From Verrucomicrobiia bacterium (GTDB lineage: Bacteria; Verrucomicrobiota; Verrucomicrobiia; Limisphaerales; UBA1319): a stretch of DNA of 64,000 nucleotides. Under the pieces are notes generated by a model. It worked only from the letters and a program-made list of their open reading frames with translations, ran no database searches and was not told where the DNA came from. The DNA lies in NCBI GenBank assembly GCA_963664225.1, contig OY760937.1, forward strand, positions 4,032,001 through 4,096,000, read 5' to 3'. Positions 39,406 to 49,178 of this stretch are shown piece after piece. The position numbers and the translations under genes were made by a program. How positions within the stretch are numbered: position 1 is the first letter of the stretch; each line of letters opens with the position of its first letter.

Positions 39406-41280
39406 ATGCGCTCAACACTGAGAGAAATACTAAGGGACATTGGAGACAAGAATAAGCTCTCGACGCATCTGGACGATCACCCGCTGTTGTTGGTCCTGCT
39501 CTACTCGACCTGGTTTCGCGTCGTGTTCATTCTTTTCGTCGTCGGCTTCTTATCCTTGCCAGCCGTGATGTTGCGGCTCTGGCGAACCACGCCGGCAGGA
39601 TTTGTGCCCATCGTGCGTGTTTCAGGGATCGATCTGGCCCAATCCTGGTCGTTGCGGCGGACGGCGCGAGCACAAGCCGGGGCGGGCCGATGGGACGATG
39701 CCTTGTTTTCATTGCGGGCGGCTGTGGCCAACAATGCAGCCAATGTGGATACGGTGCGTGAGTTGCTCCTCACCAGCCTGAATGTCGAGGACAAACCCAA
39801 AAACATCGGCATGGTGGTCGGGCAGGCCTTTTGGTTGATGCGTCTCACCGCCACCAACCGCGTCGATACCGAGCTGTGTGTCCGGGCTTTCGACCATTTT
39901 CAATGTTATGAGCTTGTGGAAGACGCTGTCGCCCCTTTCGACAGGGAACTTTCGCCCCCCATTCAAGCATTAAGGCTCAAAGCTCATTTCGAACTGGGCC
40001 ACGTGGATGCTTTTCAGCGGCTTTGGGGCAAAATCGGGTCCGAATTACCTGCCGATCCCGAACTCGCCCTTTACACCGCCGCCTATCAGGCCGGTTGGGG
40101 AACTCCGGCCCAGGCCGCACAGGCGCGGCAAAAACTCGAAGCCGCCGCCGCCGACCTCCATTCGCGTCTTTTGGCCAACCGACTGCTCCTAAAGGTGAGT
40201 CGCAAACTCCTCGATGAGCCGGGATATCGCTCCGCCCTCGATCAATTGGACCAATTGCGCGCCAGTTCAGGCCTCGACCATGTCGGCTACTGGCGCCTCT
40301 TGCTCGCGCTCGGACGAAAGCCTGACGCGCTGGAATTGGCGAAAAATTACCCCTATCCGCCTAAAACACCCTTGGAGGTCGTTCAACTCTGCGATATCTT
40401 CTCCGAACTCGGTTTAAAAGACCAGACCGGCTCCATGCTCAAATCCTACGTTCCCCGTTTTCGGGGTTCGGACGCTTTGTGGCTCTATTACGCGAGTTTC
40501 CTCCTGGACAACCAACAGTGGGAGGAAGTCCGAACTCTCGCGGTCAACATCCGTAGGGATGTTTCCGTCCGGGACGATCTGGCCGCCTTCAGCTATTTTC
40601 TGGAGGGACGCGCCGAATTGGCCCTGGACCGGCGCCCGCCAGCCGAGGCTGCATTTCACAAATGCCTCGATTTCGATTTTCGCCAGCCCAAGGTGGCCTT
40701 GTTCGTGGCCAATAATTTCAACCGCCTGGGATATCCTGAAATTGCCGCGCCGATCCTGATAAAACTCCAAAAACAGTACACCGACAGCATTGGCTATTGG
40801 CAAATGGTCTTCATCTCGGCCAATGAAATGAAACAGGCCGACCTGCTCCTCACGGCCGCGAGCAACGGATTTCGCCTTCAACCGACCTCCACCGTGGCGG
40901 CTCACAATTACGCCGCCGCGCTGCTCGTCAGCCATCAGCGTCCGGAAGAAGCTGTCCGCCTGACCATGGATGTGCTGTCGAGCCGCCCCGGCTTTTACCC
41001 CGCCATCATCAACCACTCCCTGGCCCTCATTGCCAATCACCGCCTCGACGACGCCGAAAAACTGCTTCAGACCATTCCCGCCGACCGACTCGGCCCCGAA
41101 GAAGCGAGTTCCTATTACCTGGCATCGCTTGAACTGCAGACGGGGCGTCATCAGACCGCTCAACTCCAGGAGACCGCCCGCCGGATTAATCTGAGCCATC
41201 TTTTCCCCGGAGAACGCGAATTTGTCACCGCCACCATGAAAACCAACACAGCCCTCGAGGCGGTTCCCGCAAAACCGTAA
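39406..41280 (+). CDS. Membrane-anchored TPR-like helical repeat protein
   Basis: N-terminal TM segment, then ~550 aa of Ala/Leu-rich helical repeats (FLEGRAELAL..AEAAF, HNYAAALL, NHSLALI). Confidence 0.7.
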   Translation: MRSTLREILRDIGDKNKLSTHLDDHPLLLVLLYSTWFRVVFILFVVGFLSLPAVMLRLWRTTPAGFVPIVRVSGIDLAQSWSLRRTARAQAGAGRWDDALFSLRAAVANNAANVDTVRELLLTSLNVEDKPKNIGMVVGQAFWLMRLTATNRVDTELCVRAFDHFQCYELVEDAVAPFDRELSPPIQALRLKAHFELGHVDAFQRLWGKIGSELPADPELALYTAAYQAGWGTPAQAAQARQKLEAAAADLHSRLLANRLLLKVSRKLLDEPGYRSALDQLDQLRASSGLDHVGYWRLLLALGRKPDALELAKNYPYPPKTPLEVVQLCDIFSELGLKDQTGSMLKSYVPRFRGSDALWLYYASFLLDNQQWEEVRTLAVNIRRDVSVRDDLAAFSYFLEGRAELALDRRPPAEAAFHKCLDFDFRQPKVALFVANNFNRLGYPEIAAPILIKLQKQYTDSIGYWQMVFISANEMKQADLLLTAASNGFRLQPTSTVAAHNYAAALLVSHQRPEEAVRLTMDVLSSRPGFYPAIINHSLALIANHRLDDAEKLLQTIPADRLGPEEASSYYLASLELQTGRHQTAQLQETARRINLSHLFPGEREFVTATMKTNTALEAVPAKP

Positions 41281-41551
41281 GCGGGGCACTGGGAAGCCCG
41301 AGGATGTTTTTGGACGCGAAAGTTGGAAACTGGGAAAAATATTTTGCAAGAGGCGGCAAGGATGAGGTTTGCGTGAATTAGCGATGGTATGGCGGGGGAA
41401 GAGGAATTACGGAGGGATTATTGTATTGCAAAGCGTTAATTATGAATTTGTTATAAATAATTAAATGCTCGGCAGAATGGAATTTGCAGCAGGTTCCGGG
41501 AGACGGTGGGAATCGGCGACATGAGAGAGGTAAAAAAGGTTCAAAAAATGT

Positions 41552-41580
41552 TTGACTCGATAGCTCGAATCTGAGAGATT
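41552..41580 (+). promoter_or_regulatory. Candidate promoter for the secreted-protein/PEP-CTERM operon
   Basis: A-rich UP-like tract, TTGACT, 17 bp, GAGATT (weak -10). Confidence 0.35.
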
Positions 41581-41612
41581 TGAGCCACACACGGAAATAA
41601 AGGATAAAACAA

Positions 41613-42260
41613 ATGAGAACAAAGACACTGTTATTAACGGCTGCATTGAGCGCGGTTAGCGCCGCTGCCGCCATGGCGCAGACGGTTTACTCCGTCAACG
41701 CGGTTGGCTATGTCAACAAGACCATCACCAAAGGTGCTTGGACGTTGATTGCGAATCCGCTCGTAAATGGTGACAATCTGTTGGTCACCATTTTGACAGA
41801 CGCTCCTGCGAACACCGAAGTCCAGAAATGGAACGGTACGACGTTCATCAGCGCTAAGAAGCTTGGTACTGCTTGGACAGGTGCGGCAGGTGCCGTTGCT
41901 TTCAAGCCGAGCGAAGGTTTCTTCATCAAGATTCCCGGAACGGGCACACAAACGCTGACTTTTGTTGGTGAAGTGGCTCAAAACGCGGATTCGAATATCT
42001 CCTTCAATACTGGTTATAACTTGTTGGGTTCGGTGGTTCCTCAATCTGGCAAAATCCAGACGGATCTGCAATTCCCGGCCAAGGCCAATGATGAAGTCTT
42101 GACACTGAAGGCCGATGGTAGTGGTTATAATTCGGTCAAGAAACTTGGTACCGCTTGGGTTGGTACCGGTGGTGAACCCACAATCGACGTGGCTCAAGGT
42201 TTCTGGCTTAAGACAGCGGCCGCCGGAACTTGGACGCGTAATTTTAGCGTAAATCAGTAA
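41613..42260 (+). CDS. Secreted two-repeat beta-rich protein of unknown function
   Basis: Signal peptide ending AMA; mature N-terminus QTVYSVNAVGYVN; internal duplication (KKLGTAW..G..GFF/GFW twice); GGT/GCT/GTT-rich codons. Confidence 0.85.
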   Translation: MRTKTLLLTAALSAVSAAAAMAQTVYSVNAVGYVNKTITKGAWTLIANPLVNGDNLLVTILTDAPANTEVQKWNGTTFISAKKLGTAWTGAAGAVAFKPSEGFFIKIPGTGTQTLTFVGEVAQNADSNISFNTGYNLLGSVVPQSGKIQTDLQFPAKANDEVLTLKADGSGYNSVKKLGTAWVGTGGEPTIDVAQGFWLKTAAAGTWTRNFSVNQ

Positions 42261-42283
42261 AACAGACCAAATAATAAACAAAT

Positions 42284-42847
42284 ATGAAGAAAGAAATTGT
42301 CTTCTTAGCGTCGCTTGTCGCAGTTGCGGCAGGTGCACAGACGTTCCCTGCGGGAACAGTCTCTGCAGACACCAGCGGTCCTGATGTTCCCATATACTAT
42401 TTGGCGCCGGGCACCAAGGCACCGTCCACAGTGTATGCAGAACTTTTGGTAAGCGCACCTGGTGCGAATTCATTCACCACAGTTGATTTGATGAGCGATA
42501 CAGCCGGAAGCGTCATCTATTTCGACAACGGTTTCGGTAAAGGTGAAGCCTATTACTTTTATGATGGCAATCAAGTAGTTCCTGGAATTACTCCTGGAGC
42601 CTCTGCTGACTTCAAAGTTCGCGCTTGGACAGGTGCTGCAACCTATGATGCCGCAACGGCCAGAGTTGAATCGGCTGTCTTCACGCAAAACACGGCTATT
42701 TGGAATGGGCCACCGACGACAGCCACTGACAACCCCTTGACTCTGGCGGGATCGTTGACGATGACCACGACGATCGTTCCTGAACCTGCCACGATCGCGT
42801 TGCTCGCGCTCGGTGGTGCGGCTCTGTTCTTCCGCCGCCGTCAATAG
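42284..42847 (+). CDS. PEP-CTERM sorting-domain protein, paralog 1
   Basis: Signal peptide; FKVRAW core; C-terminal VPEPATIALLALGGAALFFRRRQ. Confidence 0.93.
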   Translation: MKKEIVFLASLVAVAAGAQTFPAGTVSADTSGPDVPIYYLAPGTKAPSTVYAELLVSAPGANSFTTVDLMSDTAGSVIYFDNGFGKGEAYYFYDGNQVVPGITPGASADFKVRAWTGAATYDAATARVESAVFTQNTAIWNGPPTTATDNPLTLAGSLTMTTTIVPEPATIALLALGGAALFFRRRQ

Positions 42848-42873
42848 TCTTAAGTAAGACTCTAATCTTTCAC

Positions 42874-42898
42874 AGCCGCCCTTTTGGGCGGCTTTTTT
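42874..42898 (+). terminator. Rho-independent terminator
   Basis: AGCCGCCC-TTTT-GGGCGGCT followed by a T run. Confidence 0.85.
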
Positions 42899-43294
42899 GC
42901 GTACATTTGCCACGACTGACATGATCGCTTGGCTTGGCGAAGACCACGAAACATTGTGTTGTTCGGGGCAGTCTCACTCTGGTTATTTCGATGGATTGAA
43001 CGGCTTCAGCCCAGCATTTACGATGATTGAGTTGCCCCAGGCAATTGCCCTCCTTGAGTGTCCACAGCGAAGGATCATTGTGCGGTGAAAGTCGCACCGC
43101 CTCGAAAAGGCGTCACGAACCGTATAGGAGTTTCTCCGGTCGTCAATGACGGTGATCAAGCCATAGGTGGTTATTACACAAAAAATAACGTTTGCTTAAT
43201 GTCGTAATTGTGCAACAGGTGGCTATGGGGAAACCGTTGTTGCAACCGTGAGTCTATGATCTCGTCAATAATGGGAACCCAACTCCCGGAAAAT

Positions 43295-43876
43295 ATGAAG
43301 ACAGGTATTGTGCTCCTCTCTTGTGTTGCTGCAGTTGCGGCCTGGGCGCAGACGTTTCCCCAGGCGATGGTGGTATTGGACAGCTCTGTTGGAGTTGTGC
43401 CCATTTACTATATTTCACCGGGAACCCGGGCGCCAGGCGATGTCTTTGTCGAGGTTTTGGCCAGTAAGCCAGGCGAGAACAATTTCATAAGCATCGATGT
43501 GATGAGCGAGACCAAGAACACGGTGCGGTATTTGGATTTGGGTCGGGGTCTCGGTTCTGCATATTATTTCTTTGATGGATCCGTGGATGTTAAAGGTATT
43601 CCAGCTATTCCTGGTGCATATGCCGATTTTGTGGTGCGCGCCTGGACCGGTGCGGCCTCTTATGATACGGCAACATTCAGGGCTGAATCCGCTGTAACAA
43701 CTCAAGTTACGATGCCTTGGAACGGGCCGCCGGACCTTCCTCCTGAGAATCTGCTGGCCTTCAGTCAGGGCATGACCATGGAGTCAATTGTACCTGAGCC
43801 GGGCACAATTGCGTTGATTGCAATGGGCGGGGCGGCTTTGTTCTTAAGACTTCGATTGGTTCGTCACAGCTTATAA
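43295..43876 (+). CDS. PEP-CTERM sorting-domain protein, paralog 2
   Basis: MKTGIVLL..AWAQTFPQ; VRAW; VPEPGTIALIAMGGAALFLRLR; aligns along its length with paralog 1. Confidence 0.9.
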   Translation: MKTGIVLLSCVAAVAAWAQTFPQAMVVLDSSVGVVPIYYISPGTRAPGDVFVEVLASKPGENNFISIDVMSETKNTVRYLDLGRGLGSAYYFFDGSVDVKGIPAIPGAYADFVVRAWTGAASYDTATFRAESAVTTQVTMPWNGPPDLPPENLLAFSQGMTMESIVPEPGTIALIAMGGAALFLRLRLVRHSL

Positions 43877-44263
43877 TCCATCAGCGCCTGGTTCAGTCGT
43901 GCTGACGCGGGTCTCCAACCACATCTCGCTTCAACTTCTTCGGCGAACAGATGGCTGATAAATAAAAAGGCTTGCGTTCTTGTGGGTATCGGGCGTAAAT
44001 GATGATCAAATCATACGACGCGTGGAGGTGTGATTTTGCGGGATCATCCATTAAACAAACCAATCGTTGGGAAAATATGAAGACTGGAATTGTCCTCTTT
44101 TCTTGGCTTACTGCAGTCGCAGCCTGGGCGCAGACGTTTCCACAAGGAATGGTTACGTTGGACAGTATCGCTGAAGATGTGCCCATCTACTATTTTATAG
44201 CGGGAGTCCAGTCGCCATCCTATGTCTTTGTTGAGGTTCTGGCCAGTGTTCCGGACAAGAATG

Positions 44264-45908
44264 CAGCAATTCTCATTTTGACTTCAGGCCCGAAAATTGG
44301 CGGGGTTGGTGAGATGCTGGTTGCGGAAACGTGGATGGCTGTCACATCATCGTTGCAATTGTCACTCAATTGTAACTTGTACCTTGGCGCTGGTACTGGC
44401 ATTTCTTTAGCCCGTGAATGCGCGCACTTTCGATCACCTCATCCAACGGTTGCGCATTGTCGCCGCCGGGCTGCCTGATCGGCGCACGGGCGACAATACG
44501 ATCTTCTCCATGGCTGACATCACCATGGCGGCTTTCAGCGTCTTTTTCACTCAATGCCCTTCATTTCTGAGCTACCAGCAGGCTATGGAACAGTCCCGGG
44601 GACGCAACAACGCCCGGTCCCTTTTCCAAATTCAGCGTATTCCCAGCGACAACCACATCCGCCAGACGCTCGATCCGGTGGAACCGAGCCATCTCTTCGG
44701 TCTTTTCGACGATCTACACCAGGCCTTCGATAAAACGGGCGTGCTTGAGGCCATGCGCGCGGTTGGGGGCACACGTCTGATCGCGCTGGACGCCACCTGG
44801 TATTTCAGTTCTTCCTCCAGGAACATTCACTGCCCCAATTGCTCGCAGATTGAGCATGCCAACGGACAACGGACTCATTACCACAGTGCCATCACTCCGG
44901 TCATTGTCAGTCCCGGCCATGCCCAGGTCGTGCCGCTGCGGCCCGAATTCATCACTCCGCAGGACGGGCATGAGAAGCAGGACTGCGAAATCGCGGCCGC
45001 CAAACGCTGGCTCCAGGCCCACGCCCGGCGTTACTCCACCGGCAACGACACCTTGCTGGGCGACGACCTTTACGCTCATCAACCCTTCTGCCGCCAAGTG
45101 CTGCTGCACAACTTTCACTTTTTCTTCACCTGCAAACCCACCTCTCATCCCCATCTGTCCAAGTGGGTGGAAGCCTTGGAAGCAGGCCGCGATCTGCACA
45201 TCCTCAAGGCGCGGGTCAAAGGCAAATCCAACCGCTGGGAACACCACCACTATCAGTGGGCCAATGGCGTGCCTCTGACTGAGGGAGCCGACGCCTTGAA
45301 GGTCAACTGGTGCCAGTTGACCGTCACAGAGGCCGATGGCGCGGTGCTTTACCGCAACAGCTACATTACCGACCGGGTTATCAACGCCGACAACGTGGCT
45401 GGGTGGGTGGCTGCCGGACGGGCGCGCTGGAAGATTGAAAACGAAAACAACAACGTGCTCAAGAACCGGGGATATCATTTGGAACATAACTTCGGCCACG
45501 GCAAGAAACATCTGGCCTCCCTGCTGATGACAATGAACCTGCTGGCCTTTGGCCTGCACACCTTGCTCGAACTGGCCGATGCAAACTACCGATTGATCCG
45601 CGCCACCGTGGGAGCCCGGCGCAGATTCTTTCAGCACCTCGAAGCCCTGACCACCTATCTGCATTTCGAGAGTTGGGAGCGGCTGATGGATTTCATGATG
45701 CAGGGACTGGAAACAGGTCCCTACGCCACGCAAAAAAGCTGAAACCACCCGGTCGGCAGGAATACACGCCAGAAGCGCGTGAGGGCTGCGCATGCCCTGA
45801 TCGGGCGCAACCGCTCAGGCCCACCATCCTTCACCGCATGCCCTTCCATATTTCCCAGTCCGCTTCCGCAGTTGCTCTCTTCCCACCAAGTCAAAATGAG
45901 AATTGCTG
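44264..45908 (+). mobile_element. Insertion sequence, 1,645 bp, DDE type (probably ISNCY, ISMae2-like)
   Basis: Perfect 21-bp terminal IRs CAGCAATTCTCATTTTGACTT (44264-44284; reverse complement at 45888-45908); 9-bp flanks ACAAGAATG and GCAAGAATG; single transposase; subgroup assigned from recalled CAG ends and 9-bp DR. Confidence 0.92.
44414..45742 (+). CDS. DDE transposase
   Basis: IALDAT, LLGDDLY, GRARWKIENE (YREK-like), YHLEHNFGHG; intact 442-aa ORF between the IRs. Confidence 0.93.
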   Translation: MNARTFDHLIQRLRIVAAGLPDRRTGDNTIFSMADITMAAFSVFFTQCPSFLSYQQAMEQSRGRNNARSLFQIQRIPSDNHIRQTLDPVEPSHLFGLFDDLHQAFDKTGVLEAMRAVGGTRLIALDATWYFSSSSRNIHCPNCSQIEHANGQRTHYHSAITPVIVSPGHAQVVPLRPEFITPQDGHEKQDCEIAAAKRWLQAHARRYSTGNDTLLGDDLYAHQPFCRQVLLHNFHFFFTCKPTSHPHLSKWVEALEAGRDLHILKARVKGKSNRWEHHHYQWANGVPLTEGADALKVNWCQLTVTEADGAVLYRNSYITDRVINADNVAGWVAAGRARWKIENENNNVLKNRGYHLEHNFGHGKKHLASLLMTMNLLAFGLHTLLELADANYRLIRATVGARRRFFQHLEALTTYLHFESWERLMDFMMQGLETGPYATQKS

Positions 45909-46302
45909 GCAAGAATGATTTCAGAAGCATCGATGTGATGTTCGAGGCCGAGAACACGGTACGGTATTTGGATTTGGGCGGGGGCCATGGTGCTGGATAT
46001 TATTTTTATGATGGTGCTGTGAACGTTCCGTTCGTCACCCCTGATACCTATGCTGAATTCAAGGTGCGCGCCTGGACCGGTTCGATAACTTATGATACGG
46101 CAGCATTTAGGGCTGAATCCGCTGTTACAACTCAAATAACGATGCCTTGGAATGGCCCACCGGACTTTCCTCCGGAGAATCTGCTGGCGTTCAGTCAGAG
46201 CATGACCATGGGAATCTTGCCTGAGCCGGGCACTATTGCGTTGATTGTGCTCGGTGGTGCGGCACTGTTCTTTGGTCGACGCCGTTAACAGCAGGATAAC
46301 CA

Positions 46303-47553
46303 ATGCATCTGAAAAACATGATGAGCCCTTCACAACATACGCATTATCGCTGTCTCTGGGCTGTGCTCCTGCTGCTTGGCGGACTGTTTCTTTCAGGACC
46401 GGTATGCGCGCAGAATAAACCTGCTGGCACACCCTGGGATATGATCAAGCTGGCGGAGGCACCCAAGTGGACGGCGCTGGAACGCCCCAAGGGTGATGAT
46501 GTGAAGGCGATCAGTTTTCCCGGGGTTCCGTTACATGGCAAACCGACGCGGGTATTCGCCTGGCTGGGTGTGCCGAAAGTGAAGGCTGGCGCGCAAGTGC
46601 CCGCCATGGTGCTTATTCACGGCGGGGGCGGCACGGCGTTCGAGGAGTGGGTGCGGCTGTGGGTGAGCCGTGGATATGCCGCCATTGCGATGGACACCTG
46701 CGGCCAGGTGCCGGTAGGCAATTATGGTCAATGGTTCCACGACGACCAGGGCGGGCCTGCGGGGTGGGGCGGCTTCGATCAGATAAACGGTCCACGGCAA
46801 GATCAATGGACGTATCACGCGGTGGCTGACGCGATCCTGGCGCATTCCCTGATTCGTTCTCTGCCTGAGGTGGATCCCGAACGCACCGGCGTGACTGGCA
46901 TATCCTGGGGTGGTTATCTGACGTGCATTGTGGCCGGGGTGGATCATCGTTTCAAACTGGCTGTGCCGGTTTACGGCTGCGGTTTCTATCGGGATACGGT
47001 GTTTGAGGGAGAATTGAAAAAACTGAAGCCGGAGGAGGCGGACCAATGGATGGCGTGGTGGGATCCCTCGGTTTATCTGGGCGATGCGTCGATGCCCATG
47101 CTGTGGGTCACCGGGAGCAACGATTTCGCCTATACCATGAACGCGCTGCAGGCTTCCTATCGGCTTCCCAAAGGACCGCGCTCTCTGTGCATCCGGCTGC
47201 GGATGCCGCACGGACACGGTGGCGCGGGAGAAAACCCCGAGGAAATCCGGGTGTTCGCCGACGGTATTTTGAAGGGCGGGGCAGGGCTTCCCGACATCAC
47301 AGGCACGGGACGCGAAGGGACCCAGGTCTGGGCCGCTTACACAGGATCCGTGGCCAAAGCGGAACTGAATTACACGCGGGATACGGGTCGATGGCAGGAC
47401 CGAAAATGGGAGGCGGTGGCCGCGGAAAAGTCAGATAATCGCATCACGGCCCGGCTTCCCGCGGGCACGCGCGTTTATTACTTCAATCTCATCGACGAGC
47501 GCGAGTGTGTGGTGAGCACGGAGCATGCGGAATGTGATGTGAAGGAGCAGTGA
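46303..47553 (+). CDS. Secreted alpha/beta hydrolase (acetyl-xylan-esterase-like)
   Basis: Signal peptide, VLIHGGGG, VTGISWGG nucleophile elbow, GSNDF, PHGH; start may be 46318 or 46321. Confidence 0.82.
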   Translation: MHLKNMMSPSQHTHYRCLWAVLLLLGGLFLSGPVCAQNKPAGTPWDMIKLAEAPKWTALERPKGDDVKAISFPGVPLHGKPTRVFAWLGVPKVKAGAQVPAMVLIHGGGGTAFEEWVRLWVSRGYAAIAMDTCGQVPVGNYGQWFHDDQGGPAGWGGFDQINGPRQDQWTYHAVADAILAHSLIRSLPEVDPERTGVTGISWGGYLTCIVAGVDHRFKLAVPVYGCGFYRDTVFEGELKKLKPEEADQWMAWWDPSVYLGDASMPMLWVTGSNDFAYTMNALQASYRLPKGPRSLCIRLRMPHGHGGAGENPEEIRVFADGILKGGAGLPDITGTGREGTQVWAAYTGSVAKAELNYTRDTGRWQDRKWEAVAAEKSDNRITARLPAGTRVYYFNLIDERECVVSTEHAECDVKEQ

Positions 47554-47720
47554 GGAAAAAAGGCAATCAGGCTGACCCCCCTGACTAAGGCGAGGAGACA
47601 ATATTTTCCGCGTGGGACAGTGCGAAACAGTGTGATTTGTGAAGGTCGACGAACAGGCTCCGAGCGATTCCACCCGTTCCGGGATGCCGAATCGGACGGA
47701 TGCACCAGGGAGGATGGTCG

Positions 47721-47804
47721 ATAAGCATGCCGCTCCGCTGGAGCTTGGGAATTCCATGGGGATGCCGCATGCTATAAACATGCCGCGCCTCCGGCGCTGG
47801 GAAT
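47721..47804. repeat. Pair of REP-like palindromic direct repeats
   Basis: ATAAGCATGCC-GCTCC-GCT-GGAGC-TTGGGAAT (47721-47752) and ATAAACATGCC-GCGCC-TCC-GGCGC-TGGGAAT (47774-47804). Confidence 0.7.
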
Positions 47805-48138
47805 GGGCGTGATTGAGCATTGATTGGCAGTATTGTAAATGGAAGAATAAATAATTGACGATGGACAATGTGTGAAATAAATTATAATGGGCAAATGATG
47901 GACCACAGGTTGAAGTGGGTGGTTTGGAGGGTGCCGCCGCGGGGGATTGGCGAAAGAAGGAATGAAAACGCCAAGATAATGGAAAGTGGGAATAGAGTTT
48001 AACGGCACGAAATACGCGAAAGGGAGGTTTTTTTTAGGTGTTCATTATGAAGCTTGTCATGTTTTGATGATACTCCCAAAATGGAAGCATCCATGAGCAA
48101 TGAATTTCCGTCGCGATGACTTATTCACGATCACACTT

Positions 48139-49167
48139 ATGAAAAGAACATTGAGCCAGATTTTAAAGACTGCGGCATGCATTGGCATGATCGCCGCCAG
48201 TTTCGTTTTGACCGAAACAAGGGCCAGGGGAGTCGATGCATTTGAACAGAACAAACGTCTTGGGCGAGGTGTGAATATCATCGGCTGGGATTCGATCTGG
48301 CAGAATCGGGAGCGGGGTAATTTCAAGGATGCTCATTTTAAGCTGATTCATGAGGCGGGTTTCAATCATGTGCGCATCAATCTGCATCCGCTTCGGGATG
48401 GCAAGCCCGACGCGAATGGCAAAATGCGGGATGAGTTTTTCAGCACGCTCGACTGGGCCATCGATGGCGCGCTGGCCAACAAGCTGCTGGTGATCCTCGA
48501 TTATCACGATGACCTGGCCATTTCGCCGGATCCCGCCGGCAAGAAAAAGGATTTCCTAGCGACATGGACGGCCATTGCGGAACATTGCCGGGATCGTTCT
48601 TCGGATGTGATGTTCGAGATTTTGAATGAGCCGGCGGGAAAGTTCACCAAGGAATCCTGGGATGAATACTGGCACGATGCGCTGGCGATCATTCGCAAGT
48701 CAAATCCAGACAGGACGGTCATCATCGGTCCCGCCTCGTGGAACAATTTCAAGCAGATCGGGACGCTCGAGTTCCCTGAAAACGACAAGAACATCATCGC
48801 CACAGTACACTATTACGATCCGTTTCCTTTCACGCACCAGGGCACGCCGTGGACCGGTCAGAAGGACAAGACGGGCGTTGTCTGGGAGGGGACCGAGAAA
48901 GAACGCCAGGCGGTGAAGGATGATTTTGCAGGGGTTCAAGCGTGGGCGAAGAAGAGCAACCGTCCGGTGTATCTCGGCGAGTTCGGGAGCTATGAAAAGG
49001 CGGACATGGCGTCGCGGATCCGGTGGGCGGCATTTGTGTCGCGCGAGATTGAAAAGCAGGGCTGGAGCTGGGGTGTGTGGCAGTTTGCGAATGATTTCAT
49101 GCTGTTCGATATGAAAACGCAGAAGTGGGTGGAACCGCTTCGTGACGCATTGATTCCCGCCAAATAA
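48139..49167 (+). CDS. Secreted GH5 endoglucanase/cellulase-family protein
   Basis: LGRGVN, AGFNHVRI, LDYH, FEILNEP (acid/base), HYYDPFPFTHQG, YLGEFG (nucleophile). Confidence 0.93.
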   Translation: MKRTLSQILKTAACIGMIAASFVLTETRARGVDAFEQNKRLGRGVNIIGWDSIWQNRERGNFKDAHFKLIHEAGFNHVRINLHPLRDGKPDANGKMRDEFFSTLDWAIDGALANKLLVILDYHDDLAISPDPAGKKKDFLATWTAIAEHCRDRSSDVMFEILNEPAGKFTKESWDEYWHDALAIIRKSNPDRTVIIGPASWNNFKQIGTLEFPENDKNIIATVHYYDPFPFTHQGTPWTGQKDKTGVVWEGTEKERQAVKDDFAGVQAWAKKSNRPVYLGEFGSYEKADMASRIRWAAFVSREIEKQGWSWGVWQFANDFMLFDMKTQKWVEPLRDALIPAK

Positions 49168-49178
49168 AAGGATTACGC

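Larger units (their letters stand above)
44077..46288 (+). pseudogene. PEP-CTERM paralog 3 interrupted by an IS (5' part 44077-44263, 3' part 45918-46288)
   Basis: Removing the IS and one target copy restores the frame ...VLASVPDKNDFRSIDVM...LPEPGTIALIVLGGAALFFGRRR, colinear with paralog 2. Confidence 0.92.

Noticed and set aside
43999..44478. Computed ORFs 43999-44478 and 45779-46288 as independent genes
   Set aside because: They are the two halves of the IS-split PEP-CTERM gene reading into or out of the IS ends.
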